A DNA stretch of 64,000 nt from Octopus sinensis (lineage: Eukaryota). The translations under genes were made by a program, and so were the position numbers. The stretch is taken from contig NC_043009.1 of assembly GCF_006345805.1 (NCBI RefSeq), positions 69,812,001 through 69,876,000 of the forward strand. The letters are read 5' to 3'. Below the pieces are notes generated by a model, which saw only the letters and a program-made list of their open reading frames with translations, had not been told where the DNA came from and ran no database searches. The number at the start of each line of letters is the position of its first letter. The stretch's first letter is position 1. This document shows, one piece after another, positions 11,806-23,608 of the stretch.

Positions 11806-14064
11806 TGTCTGACTAGCAGTGTGAAGCGGCTGACCTCCCTTGTTCGAAGGTTCTAACGGACACAGTTTGTGTGTCATATAGCTATCTTAAGGCGATGTGT
11901 ACATGCTATTTACACAAATCATTTATGATGTTTGATTAAATGTAGATAGGGAATAGATTGATTTATAAACTGCACCGAACTCAAATTATTTTTTATATTC
12001 TGACTTGAATTTTCTAATTAATATTTGTTAGTGCAAAACCCGGAATTACACAGAATTATACGGGATTTGGCGATTCAAGTGTCAAGGAACAAACATCTTC
12101 ATCGGTTTTAAAACTCTTTTTATCTTCAAATTTTACAGTGATGACCGGATCTCCTCTCTTTTATCATTCTCGGCCTACTTTCTAAAACTGACATTTTTAA
12201 AGGTCGTCTAGCCCTTGTGAGAAAATGGGTTTATTTAGAAATATGTTGATAGGTCTACAAGGAGAAGCGAAAGAGGGGTGGGGGAAGAAGAAAAAAGAAA
12301 ATTGTTAGGAAATTTTACTGGGTTGACCACACCAACATCTATCTCTCTATCTCTCTCTATCTATCTGCCCTTTCCCCACCCTTTACTTTTCTTGCTCTTT
12401 CTTGATTACCCCGAAACCTCTCTGTCTATTTCCTCCTCTTTTCTCCCCTCCCCCACCAAATAAAACAAAATCATTTTTCTCCTCTTCTAAACAAAGCAAA
12501 AAAAAACCAAAAAAATCCGATTCATATAAATGAACAAAGAAACGGTCTGTTCTTATTCTTTTGATTTTGTCTTGAGTTCAATAAACGAACGAAAGCGCAA
12601 ATAAAGAATTATCCAAAATTCTGACTGCCTCCTTTTACTCAATATACAATACCTGTACACCACTTCAAACACTACACAACACACACACTCATGCATTTTC
12701 GCTCAAATTTCCAGCGATTTAACATGGGACCCATTGACAACAACGTAGCTTTCATTTGACAAGAGTATCTTTTGGCCTGATGTGTAGCTACCGGAATACT
12801 CCTTGTTGAGAAATCACTACTTCTAAAGCTCGGCTAGGAAACATGTAGCCTGGATTTCACCTACTCTGTTCTCTAAATTTCAATTTTTATTCGCATATAC
12901 AGCAGCCCCAGTTGCTAACTGTGAACTATAAAATAACTTTTTTCAGCTTCGATATGGGAAAAATTTACAACCTTCTCCGTCAATAAACTATTATTGCTCC
13001 TGAAAGTTGGTTTTTTTTTGTGTGCCTTGTTTTCTTTTATATGTTGCTCGTATATGTGCCTGTGAATATACCTGTAAGAAAAAATATGGGATTATACAGG
13101 CATACACTAACCTACATACGAACACACATACCAATACAGCAAGCAGATAGCTATATATATACGCACGTGCATATTAACATACACACACCTGTGTTTGTGT
13201 GAACAGGCGCATGTGTAGACATCTAAAATTTGCATGGTCTGCCATTCCTATTTTTCTATATTTCAATAGTTTGCTCCGAACTTAACACCATTAAAACCAA
13301 TCAATCAATAAATAAATAAATATGGAAGAGAAAGAAAAATGATACTAGATTATCATCAACATTCTTTAAATTTTCTCGAACGTTGCGAAAGACAAGACAT
13401 GCGTTTCGTGTTTATTTAGACCCCGTCATAAAATTCTTATTTTCACTTTTTAAGGAAGAACTGGGAAAATTTACTGTTGCTTTGGAGCCCAGACTACAAT
13501 TGACAAATATCTAGAACTCTCTATTCTGTTTGCGAGGCAATTAAAATAGTAATGAGTCAATATTTAATGGCATCAGTGATTCAGTGCACCACTTCCCATT
13601 CATTAAAGAGGTGTCTTTATTTCAATGTGGAACACAAACATATATATGCATAGTCTTTCTCTCTCTTCCCTTCTCTGCCTTTGTGTGTGTGTGTGTGTGA
13701 ATGTCTGTTTATTCATGTTCTTGTGCAAATACAGGAAAAAATAATTAAAATTACATACAGACACGTTTCCATGTTTCAATTGAACAGGAACGTGGAAGTG
13801 GAGAGAGAGTTGCTGTTGTAGATTAGATTTATTGATAGTTGGGTGAAATTTTGCGAAAATTGCAAGATTGGATAGTATCGACCTTAGTATCGACCTATGG
13901 GGGCGGAGAATAGGAAATGGAGAGGGCATTTGGCCTAGGTGTTCAGGGATATCTTGGACGGTGGGCTCCCTCGATTATCTCCACCGGTCCTCCTGAGCCA
14001 GGAGGACAACATCATTAAGAGTAATAAAGCTCTTCATTATATATATATATATATATATATATAG

Positions 14065-14242
14065 GGGGGGATAATTCACAAAAAAAAGGACGAAGGCAGG
14101 TGGTGTAGATAACAAACAGATGTATTAGTTTAACGCTCGGGAAGTGAAAAAGTATTTAACGTTTCGTGCCTACGCTCTTCCACAGAAAGAAACAAGGAGA
14201 GAAAATAAAGAATGTGTAGTGGCTAGCGATCTATCATGGCGA
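14065..14242 (-). mobile_element. Penelope-type terminal module with hammerhead-like motif (U6 variant), copy 1
   Basis: Minus strand UCUUU-CUGUGGAA-GAGC-GUAG-GCAC-GAAA-CGUU at 14153-14191; homologous to 29525-29680 and 47540-47730; ends in (TA)n. Confidence 0.65.
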
Positions 14243-14269
<27 letters not shown>

Positions 14270-14274
<5 letters not shown>

Positions 14275-14700
14275 AAACAAGTCAAAAATAGAAAATGCTA
14301 AAATAATTTTATAGTGAACATTTCAGTACCGGTTTCGGTCATTTTGAGACCTTTTCAACTGTAACGATTAAATAATTAAATTTAGAAAAATTAGAAGAAA
14401 AGTTTTTTTAAAAGAATAGTAGTGTTCAGATTTAAGTGGCATTCTGCCTTTCTCTGACTCCCTTGTTTGCACTTGTGTGTTCGAGGTAGTTGTGAGTTCT
14501 TGGTAGAGTAGTAGAGGAAGAAGGCTGGTGAGGAAAGGGGGGTGGGAGAATCTGGGAGTGCCCTGATGGTCGTATTTTGAATGGTCAGTGGCGGCTGGCA
14601 GTCTCAGTTCAATTCAGGAGAATATTTATATTGACAGGCTTGTTTATAGAATTAGCGTAGGTGTTATACTAAAAAACATTAGTGACAAAGTTAAGGGGTA
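14270..14700 (-). mobile_element. Second Penelope-type 3' remnant
   Basis: Minus strand ...QYKYSPELN* resembles a GIY-YIG C-terminus, followed by a UTR containing a hammerhead motif. Confidence 0.5.
14321..14364 (-). ncRNA. Minimal type I hammerhead ribozyme motif (U3-A8 variant)
   Basis: UUACAG / UUGAAAA / GGUC-UCAAAAU-GACC / GAAA-CCGG-UA / CUGAAA; palindromic ACCGGU stem III and GUA triplet. Confidence 0.7.
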
Positions 14701-14714
14701 GGGGGTGGAGAAGT

Positions 14715-14935
14715 AGAAGAAGAAGAAGAAGGAGAAGGAGAAGATGACGATGATGGTGATGGTGGTGATGATTATGACGACGATGATGATGATAATGATG
14801 ATGAAGAAGAAGAAGAAGAAGGAGAAGATGGTGGTGATGATGGTGGTGATGATGGTGGTGATGATGATGACGACGATGATGATGATAATGATGATGATGA
14901 AGAAGAAGAGGAAGAAGAAGAAGAAGAAAAAAACA
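14715..14935. repeat. (GAA)n/(GAT)n/(GGT)n trinucleotide array with an internal duplicated block
   Basis: Direct reading of the sequence. Confidence 0.9.
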
Positions 14936-14949
14936 GAGAAGGGAGAATA

Positions 14950-15755
14950 TGAATGGGTGTAAGTATAGCTATGAAGGGGCTGATTAGTAATGGATTCTAT
15001 GGAGTGTAGTATTTGTGTGTGTATATATATTTTTTTTCTTTTATTCTAAAGTTGAGGTATATTAATTGTTTGTCGTAGACCCGTTAAGAAGTGGCTTGTA
15101 TTTTGTAATAAAGAGATTTTCTTTACTTATTCTTTGTCTCGAGGTTGTATCGTCCCTAAATTGGTAGAGGGGGGAAATTCTGAAGTTTGGTGTTTTTTTG
15201 TTGGCGCAAGTATCTATGTGTTGGCTAAAAGCTATTTTTCTGTTTTGGGGAATTTTTATCTGGGATCTGTGCAGGGCCATTCGTTTACGCAAACCATTTT
15301 TTGTTTGGCCTATGTACTGCTCTTGACACCCGGAGCAGGTTAGTGAGTATATTAGGTTCTCCGAAGCACATGTGAAGTTGCTTTTCACTGTAAACCGTTG
15401 TCCCTGTTTGAAGGAGAACTCAGAACCCTCGATTAGATAGTCGCATATCCCGCAATTCTTCCACATTTTTTTACTGTCGGCTTCTGTGTTGAAGAGTGAA
15501 TTCGGGCTTGTGTAAGGAGACTTTTCATGGATCTAGGCTGTCTTTTGCTTTTTATGATCGTGTGTGTTTGGAGGATTGTGTTCATTCTGTGGTCTTTTTT
15601 TAGGAGGGGTATGTTGTGGAGGATGGTGTCGAAGGCTTCGTTATTGAGAGGGTTGTGTGTGGAGATGTATGGTAAGGCTTTTGGTTGTAAGTTTTTCTTT
15701 GATTTGTGATGTCTCAGTTCCTTGATGTTAAGTTGAAGGGCACGTTGAATGCCCA
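14950..15755 (-). mobile_element. Penelope-like element 3' part: linker plus GIY-YIG endonuclease (frameshifted)
   Basis: LPYISTHNP...IIKSKRQPRSMKSLLTQA...KKCG / NCGIC...FTCASENLIYSLTCSGCQEQYIGQT...RMALHRSQI...KENLFITKYKPLLN; frameshift near 15460; 5'-truncated at (TA)n. Confidence 0.9.
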
Positions 15756-15760
15756 TATAT

Positions 15761-15794
<34 letters not shown>

Positions 15795-15904
15795 ATATAT
15801 ATATATATATTATATATATATATATATATGTATATATAATTGTTTTTCTCATTTGCCTGTCTTTTTATTGTCTCCCTTATCCTTCACCCTGGTGGCAAAT
15901 AAAG

Positions 15905-16552
15905 AAATCATCATCATCAGCATTATTATTTTCTCTTTGTCACTCAGGTTTTGTTGGCTCCCCTGGAGTCTTCCATGCATAGCGGGTTTACTCCCTGCAG
16001 CCTTACGGTATCCAGCTATTCGTTCTTCTCAGCTATCTATTACTTTGCTGATTATTCTGGTCGTGCCAACGAGGCAAACCTTTTCTAACAGTTCTACTGG
16101 GCACAATATTCCAATTTCCTTTATATTCCTCTTGATGCCTTCTGATACTGTTTCCCAAAACCCAACAATAATTGGCACTGTCTTCACCTTCTTTATTTTC
16201 TATAGCCGTGCTATTTCGTACTTAAGAGGGTTGTGTCTATCTTTTCGTCGTCCTTCTTGACTATTCGTCGGTCAAAGAGGCGTGCAACGTCAACTATACA
16301 GCATGTGCGATGCACCTTGTGCACCACCACTTGGTTCGGTCTGTTATGTTTTAGCACCTGATCTGTTTGAATTGGGAAATCATAGAGGATCTTGCTACTC
16401 TCCGACCCTGCCACTCTCTCCGCTTTGACACTCCGCACTTTTCGCATGGTCTTCAATGTAGCACTTTCGCTACCTGGTCATGTCGCCACAACTTGTAGTG
16501 GTTTGGGACAACTGTATGGTATTCGTTCGTGATATGGGCAATGGTTTCATCT
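15905..16552 (-). mobile_element. R4/Dong-like non-LTR 3' fragment
   Basis: WRHDQVAKVLH, KILYDFPIQTDQVLKHNRPNQVVV...CCIVDVA, LKYEIARL*...VPIIVG...VGTTRIISKVIDS*; (AAT)n at the 5' side and a TAA/TGA tail at the 3' side. Confidence 0.85.
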
Positions 16553-16587
16553 ACATTATTATTATTATTGTTATTATTATTATTATT

Positions 16588-16870
16588 CAGGTAGCGAGCT
16601 GGCAGAGTCGTTAGCATGTTGGGCGAAATTTGGTGGAGGGAACTGGTACTTGTTTTATCGACCCGACTTGATGAAAGGCAAAGTCGACCGCAGCGGAATT
16701 TGAACTCAGAACGTAGCTGCAGACGAAATACCGGCATTTCGTCTGCAGCTACGTTCTGAGTTCAAATTCCGCTGCGGTCGACTTTGCCTTTCCTCATGTC
16801 TCGGTCGATAAATTAAAATACTTGTCAAGTACTAGAGGTGGTGTATTCGACTCACTCCCTCCTACATGAA
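16588..16870 (+). mobile_element. tRNA-derived SINE (GGCGGCGAGCTGGCAGAA family) with internal inverted duplication
   Basis: Homologous to the copies at 40844, 47861 and 51751; contains a 57-bp perfect hairpin. Confidence 0.85.
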
Positions 16871-17798
16871 TTTCCGTCAAAATTTGTAACTTTTTACAAT
16901 CATCATCATCGTCATCATCATCATCATTATCATCAATACCGTAGTTTACATCTAATATGGAGACTTATTAGCTGACTGCTTATGAACATATCTGCAAGAC
17001 ACATTTCATTCAATAATTACGCGCTCAGTGTCACAGGTTAGGGAGTTAAAAATATTTTCGCTCGTAGAATGAATAAATATTTGCCATTTTCCTGCAGAAG
17101 AAATAATCTGCCGTGTCAATAGACATTTCTCTCAATACGGAGCTGTTAGGATTTAATTAATCTTACTCTTCGTTTACTAACAATATGATTATTAACGCGT
17201 GTTGAAATAGTGAACGAGACTGTTGCTCGCCACGGAAACTTTGTGGACTGTAATCGAAGAGCTATAAATAATTACTGTTGGTTTAGCAGACGTTCGGGAT
17301 TAATTTCTATGGCGGGAAATTTACAGCTAATAAGGCAGACATGTTTGTACTGCAGTCTCACATGCGATGTGTTTGAGTGCGTGTGTGTCGAGTTAATAAA
17401 GTGCAGAAATGTTTCTGTTGTGTAATGAGATATGAAAATGTAAACCTAGGGTTATGAATTTGTGATCGAAATTTAATTATATTTATGGCTATCTGATTAG
17501 ATAATGTATCAGCAATGGAATGGATAATGTGCATATCTTTTCGTAAGTAAATTTTCTCAGGCATGGTTATATGGATAAAAAATTAGCTTGCAACTACATA
17601 ATCGTGGATTCGATCTCATGTGTGTTAATATGAGAAGACGTTTTCTAACATAGTGTTGAGTCGACCAAAACAACGAGAGTGAACCTGAAGGAAAGCCTGT
17701 TCCCTTACAATTTTCTATCAACTGCCTGGTCCCTGAGTTTCTCTGTTGCAAGTGTTCAGGTGAAATATCTGATTGAAAATAACCCCCCTCCAACTCTA

Positions 17799-18012
17799 GT
17801 GGAGTCGCATGGCTTGGTGGTTAGCGTGTTGGGTTCATAATTGTAATATTGTGGTTTCGATACTTGGATCGGGTGACGCGTTGTGTTGTTGAGCAAAGCA
17901 CTTCATTTCACATTGCTCCAGTCCAATCAGCTGGCAAAAATGAGTCGTACTTGCGATGGACTGGCGTCCTGTCCAGGTGAGGAATTTATATGCCATGGAA
18001 ACCGGCCCTTAT
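17799..18012 (+). mobile_element. tRNA-derived SINE with V-domain-like GCGATGGACTGGCGTCCTGTCCAGG motif
   Basis: A box TGGCTTGGTGG, B box GGTTTCGATAC and a conserved central motif. Confidence 0.65.
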
Positions 18013-18451
18013 CAGTCGGAATGATTCGAAAAATTAACTTTACTGTCACTTCTCTCATTCTCACTATTCTTAACGTCCAACTCAAGACCGCGAAATCTGC
18101 TCCCTCTACTCATTCTGATTAAGGACGATAGAAACAAAAATTACAGAGAAAAATTCGGTTCAGAACACTGTCACACTGAACTTGTGTGAAGATTAAAAAC
18201 AGGGAGCACAATAAAGATTAAATTCAGCATAAGATGTAATTTCTTAGCTATTGTATGAAGGGATGAATCGACCGGGTGTCATATTAAATAAATGATTTTT
18301 AAATCCCTTGGCGTTCACGTATAAAGCAATTAGCTACTCAAAGCCTATGTTAACAGGCTAGGGTACTTCATACTCCATTCACAATGCTAAACATATCTAC
18401 CTACCTACCTACCTACCTGCCTGCCTCTCTGTCTACTCCTCTGTGTCTCTG

Positions 18452-18482
<31 letters not shown>

Positions 18483-18699
18483 GCCTAGCTCTCTGCTCGA
18501 AACGTTAAATCCTCTTTCTTTCTTTCCTTCCCTGAGTGTCCAATAACACCATACTTGTTCCACGTCCCCGCGTTGTTGTGTTTTCATGTTTGGATTAACT
18601 ATATGTGTGTATGTGTGTGTGTGTTTGTGCGTGCGAGTGGACAAACAAAAGAACAGGGCACTCAACACATTTATTGAGAGATAGATGTATTATTTAAAC

Positions 18700-18950
18700 C
18701 AGTTTGACTCGGATTCCCGGCTACTCGAAGCTCGTCCGCAGGCTGGCGGGAATCCGAATGAACGGAGAGGTTGAGGAAGTCTACAGGGAGTTGGGCTGCA
18801 ATTGGTCAAGAAAGGTTTTGTGGTGTCACGTTGAGTAATATTGTTTAGTAAGGGACAGTGGTTACATGAGTGGAAAGAGTTTCTTTGGTCACGTGGTTGG
18901 ACCGGAAATTCGTGGCGACAGTGTGTCCAAACATGGAATTAATGGCGCTT
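18700..18950. promoter_or_regulatory. Candidate regulatory motif cluster
   Basis: GC-rich patch with ATTGG, TGTCACGT, GGTCACGTGG, CCGGAAAT and AATGGCG motifs and an 11-bp stem. Confidence 0.3.
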
Positions 18951-19163
18951 AAGTGAGCATATGAGCTTCTGTGCGAGCATGCACGCGTGAGTGAGTGTAA
19001 TTGTGCCTGTGTAAGTAGGTTTGTGTGAGTGTGTGCGTGCGTATGTATGCATATGTCTATGTGCGTGTATGCCTGCGTATGTATGTATTTGTCCGGATAC
19101 ACACACACACACATAAATATAGTGTGTGTATGTGCACTCGTGTGTATATATATATATATATAT

Positions 19164-19622
19164 ACATTCGTGTGGATATAAATATATGAATATGCATGTT
19201 TGCATATATGTATCTCCGTATCTATCTATCCATCTATGTATATTAATGTATAAATAGATAAGCATATTATATACTCATATACGTATATACCCATATAATG
19301 TATATACATATATATATATATATATGTGTGTGTGTGTATAGATGTGTAATATATATATATATGTGTGTGTGTATAGATGTGTAATATATAATATATATAT
19401 ATATATACATTCGTGTGGATATAAATATATGAATATGCATGTTTGCATATATGTATCTCCGTATCTATCTATCCATCTATGTATATTAATGTATAAATAG
19501 ATAAGCATATTATATACTCATATACGTATATACCCATATAATGTATATACATATATATATATATATGTGTGTGTGTGTATAGATGTGTAATATATATATA
19601 TATGTGTGTGTATAGATGTGTA

Positions 19623-19648
<26 letters not shown>
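19164..19648. repeat. Near-identical tandem duplication, period about 243 bp
   Basis: Unique-looking block ACATTCGTGTGGATATAAAT...CCCATATAATG occurs at 19164 and 19407. Confidence 0.9.
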
Positions 19649-19653
<5 letters not shown>

Positions 19654-20568
19654 TTACTTGGAAAAGGATGCGTGGCGTTCGATCATATAAGAATATATTA
19701 TATAAGAATATATTATATATATATATATGAAGAGTTAATTATCTTCCATAGAGATCAGGCGCCGGTATATATAGTAATCTGACAGCAAATCACGTCCACC
19801 GTTTCAGTCGTTATTCATGAAACCAGATTAAGCAGAAAAGTTATGAATGATAAAAAAAAGTAGCTAAAACTTTCGCTTCATTAGCAACTTGTATTCACAA
19901 AGCACTTAATGAATTTCTCTAATGACGAATAACATAACCACAATCTTCTCATTTAGATTATTCGTCTATAATGTACAGAATAAAAAAAGACGATTGTGAA
20001 TAACTGGAGTACATTCGGATAAAGTCTACTGAATGAATAAATATCATAGACTCTACATGGCAACTGAGCTGCAATATATGCTTTGAGATTCATCGACTGA
20101 TACAAAATAGAAAGTTGACCCAAGGTCAGCCTTCATCCATTGATCCAGTAAACGTATAATGCCATGCAGACTATTGTTACCACATAAACATTACTCACAA
20201 ATGGAATATCAGCACTATACGAACCAATATTGTTTTGGGCTCTAAGCTGAAACGATGTGATTTTAATGGGAATCAACTGTTTTTGTCAATAAGCTATCCG
20301 CCTGCTCGTATATCGGGAGGCACGTTATCCTTTCCTTGATGGATGGTTGACCCTGGAAGCAGGAAAGCACACCTTTGCATATGTTTTCTTGCATAAATAG
20401 AAAGAAGATTTCGCGACTCTTCGAAAGGAACATTGATTGAGTCGATCTCATCGGTGTCGGGCGAAGGATACTGAGTAATGCCCCATCCTCACGACGAAGA
20501 TAAAAAAACAAAATGTATATGCGATATCTTGCACTTACACATACATACACACACACACACACACATAC

Positions 20569-20605
<37 letters not shown>

Positions 20606-20943
20606 GCTGAGTGGACAAACAGAAGTCTTTACGATTGTTATATATACCACCACAACCACGGTCACTACTACTACGACCAACAGTCACTGCTGCTACTGCT
20701 ATTTCAGCCTCTGGTCATTTCCTCAACTTTAGTCAGCATACAAGACAGCTATTATGCTGTCCCCAACAAAAAACCACCACATGGATTCTGTTGAGACTAG
20801 TAAGAAACAATTAGGAACTTTTTTATTACACTTTTAAAAATATTTTTGATAAGGTTCGTTTTTTCAAGAACCGAAACGTAAATAAAAGAAATTAAAAAAT
20901 TATCTTATATAGTGGCGTTTTCAAACTTCTTTTTTTTATAAAT

Positions 20944-20996
<53 letters not shown>

Positions 20997-21785
20997 GTGT
21001 GTGTATATATATATATATATGTATGTAGATGTCTTCTAAGCGACAGTAAGTTACACAAGAATCGAGAATTTCTTTCTTCTGCAGCGGAAAGCACAATTTA
21101 AAAAATTAATAATGGTTAGCCACAGGAAATTTCACACAACACTTGAGTCAGAAATCTACAGTAAATCCAAAATCACAACAGACAAGCGAAGACATTCACA
21201 AAACATTTGAGCAAGGGAGTCGGATTCAATCGAAATCACTTTTGTTGCGAATCGAACTTTTGAAGCAGGCGTCGTCATGTATATAATATTTAGATATCAT
21301 TAAAGTTGAATACACATATGAATAGCATTAGAGATTTTACTTCGTGCTTTACTGCTCCAAGAAGTGAAATTAAATAATTGTTTTATTTTACTTCTTGAGA
21401 CATCTTATATCAAGTAAGGACTGCAAATATATTGAGTAATAGAAAAACCACTTTTCCCCCACTATAAATTAATCTCTCTCTCTCTTCCTTTCTTTTCTCT
21501 CTCTTCCTTCTCTCTCTTTACCATACAAATAATAATGCCATGACGTTGACGTAGATTTCATAAACATGGAAATATGAAGTGCATTTCTATGTAGACTGAA
21601 ACTGGTCATTTGAGGTCCAAATGTGAGCAATGTAAATAGTCAGACCACTCTCCAAGTCTTTCCCATAACCAGGGAATTGATTTTCTTTATAGGTTTCGAT
21701 ATTCACATGCAATCGCTATTTAAAAGACAAATGTTTCTCAGGTTTTCACAACATATATATTTATATAAGCGCATGTGTGTGTGCG

Positions 21786-21817
<32 letters not shown>

Positions 21818-22949
21818 ATATATATGTGTATATATATGTATATATATATGTGGACGTATGCGTGCGGGCATCTTTATATATTTACTTATATACGCACACG
21901 TACAGACATATATATATATATATATACTGTCATACACATACATGGATATACATAAGAACTGAATAAATTTTATTTCATCGATACGAATTCCCAGTATTGA
22001 TGTACAAGAAATTCACTTAACTTTGGAATAAATGCTACCATTTTACATTCGTGGGTCAAAATGGCAAAAGTGACTTGTGTTTTCAAAGTGGCACGTTTCA
22101 TTCTGACCGAACACAAATATGATCCAGTCTTAGTAGAATATTTCTTACGATCAATGTGGTTCGGGGCTAGTATGTGGATTATATTCATTTAGTTTGTAAA
22201 ATATTTTATGGCTCAAAGAAACGGAGCAAAAATCCATTTTAGAAGGAAAGATATTAAACAAGAAACATATTGTTTTTTTTTTCAAAGGAATTGCCCAAAA
22301 AGACGAATTCAATATCCATCTAATTTTCAGATAATTTTATAAAGTGGGATGGTTGGTTCGGTTCATTTAGGCCTCGTTTAACCCCATTATCTGAATCTTG
22401 GACGCCTTAGAAAGGTAATTTATTCTGTCGCAGACATTCAAATCAATTATGTTTCCATTCTCAGGTGGAAGACATGGATAAGGATTTCCAGATTTCCTTC
22501 AACAGATCTGTCGAATATCATAAAAAGGATCGAGTCTAGAGTTAATTTAAAAAAAAATTAAACCATGAAAATACCAAAATATGTAAAAATTAACGCAAAG
22601 AATTAAAGAGTTGGCCACGAAGGAAATAGCAATTAAGATCGTACAGGTACCTAATATTTTCACAAAATTCTTTGCCAAAAAAGACTTATTGGTCAATATA
22701 TTATTCATTTCATATGAAAACAACGATACTTATTCCAATGCAATTATATAAATTTCCCGATTTTAAAGCTTCAAGTGGATCCTCAAATTTAATGTCAGAC
22801 TTGCAGGGCTGAACAAAGGAAGTTGCACGAAAATATAAACGAATGAAGAAGAAACTCACTAAAAATATAAATATATTCAGGAAGCGCACAATTAATCGGT
22901 AGATGTCTGCCTATGTATATTTCAGTGTGTCTGTCTGTGTGTAAGGATA

Positions 22950-23150
22950 CGTGGATGCGTGTGGTTGCTAGAACAGCTTGGATGTGTGTTTACGAATCTT
23001 GACTTGTAGCCGCGTGGTTTCGGTTTCAACCCTATTCAGCAGCCTTCATGTGCAAGGGTCTTCTACTTTGGCGCCACACTGGTTAACACCATGTGTCAAA
23101 CAATTTTGTAGACGAAAACTTTGCAAGATCGTGTGGAGGCACTTCATGTA
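22950..23150 (+). mobile_element. Degenerate SINE (same family as 26086)
   Basis: GGTTTCGGTTTCAACCC...GCAAGGGTCTTCTACT...GTAGACGAAAACT similarity. Confidence 0.5.
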
Positions 23151-23569
23151 TATTATACACATACATACGTGTGTATATATGTATATATATAGAGAGAGAC
23201 ACAGGCAGATAGTGAGAGAGAGATATTCCTTATGTGCGTCAGAAGTAGTATTTGTTTGAAATAGCAAACTGTGTATTATTCTTAAAGCAGATACCTCATT
23301 GAAAGCCAAATAAACTGATATTCGTAGAATAATAGAATCTCTTATAGACGAACAATGATAAGAACACACAAATATATCAACAGCATACAAACGTCGTTCA
23401 CAGTAATGGCGGCATTGCTGTGTCTTTGAGCTTCGTCAGCAATAAGTAACCGATAGCAACCAAATGCTAAAACAAGCTTCGTTTTTACTTATATAGTCAA
23501 ACAGTGAGTGAAAAAATCACGGAAAACAGTGAGCCGGCGGGTTGAGTAAACTTGGGGCGTACATAACGA

Positions 23570-23608
<39 letters not shown>

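Noticed and set aside
13987-14007. 9-bp GC hairpin as a Helitron 3' end
   Set aside because: No CTRR terminus shortly downstream and no matching 5' end found.
14744-14962. Poly-Met/Lys ORF
   Set aside because: Translation of a GAT/GAA trinucleotide array.
14940-15466. Possible selenoprotein-type Penelope element (in-frame UGA plus SECIS)
   Set aside because: There is no in-frame UGA in the GIY-YIG frame and no AUGA/GA SECIS-like stem in the 3' region.
17038-17091. Strong minus-strand acceptor giving ENGKYLFILRAKIFLTP* as a possible last exon
   Set aside because: The CTGCAG palindrome gives an equally good plus-strand acceptor, and nothing links it to the 35-38 kb exons.
17799-17880. tRNA-like sequences (also at 26086 and the other SINE heads)
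   Set aside because: They have A and B boxes but no convincing cloverleaf and continue into SINE bodies; they are SINE heads, not tRNA genes.
20263-20562. 99-aa ORF with a protein-like middle
   Set aside because: It starts in a microsatellite, has no usable donor or recognisable family, and the opposite strand looks equally open.
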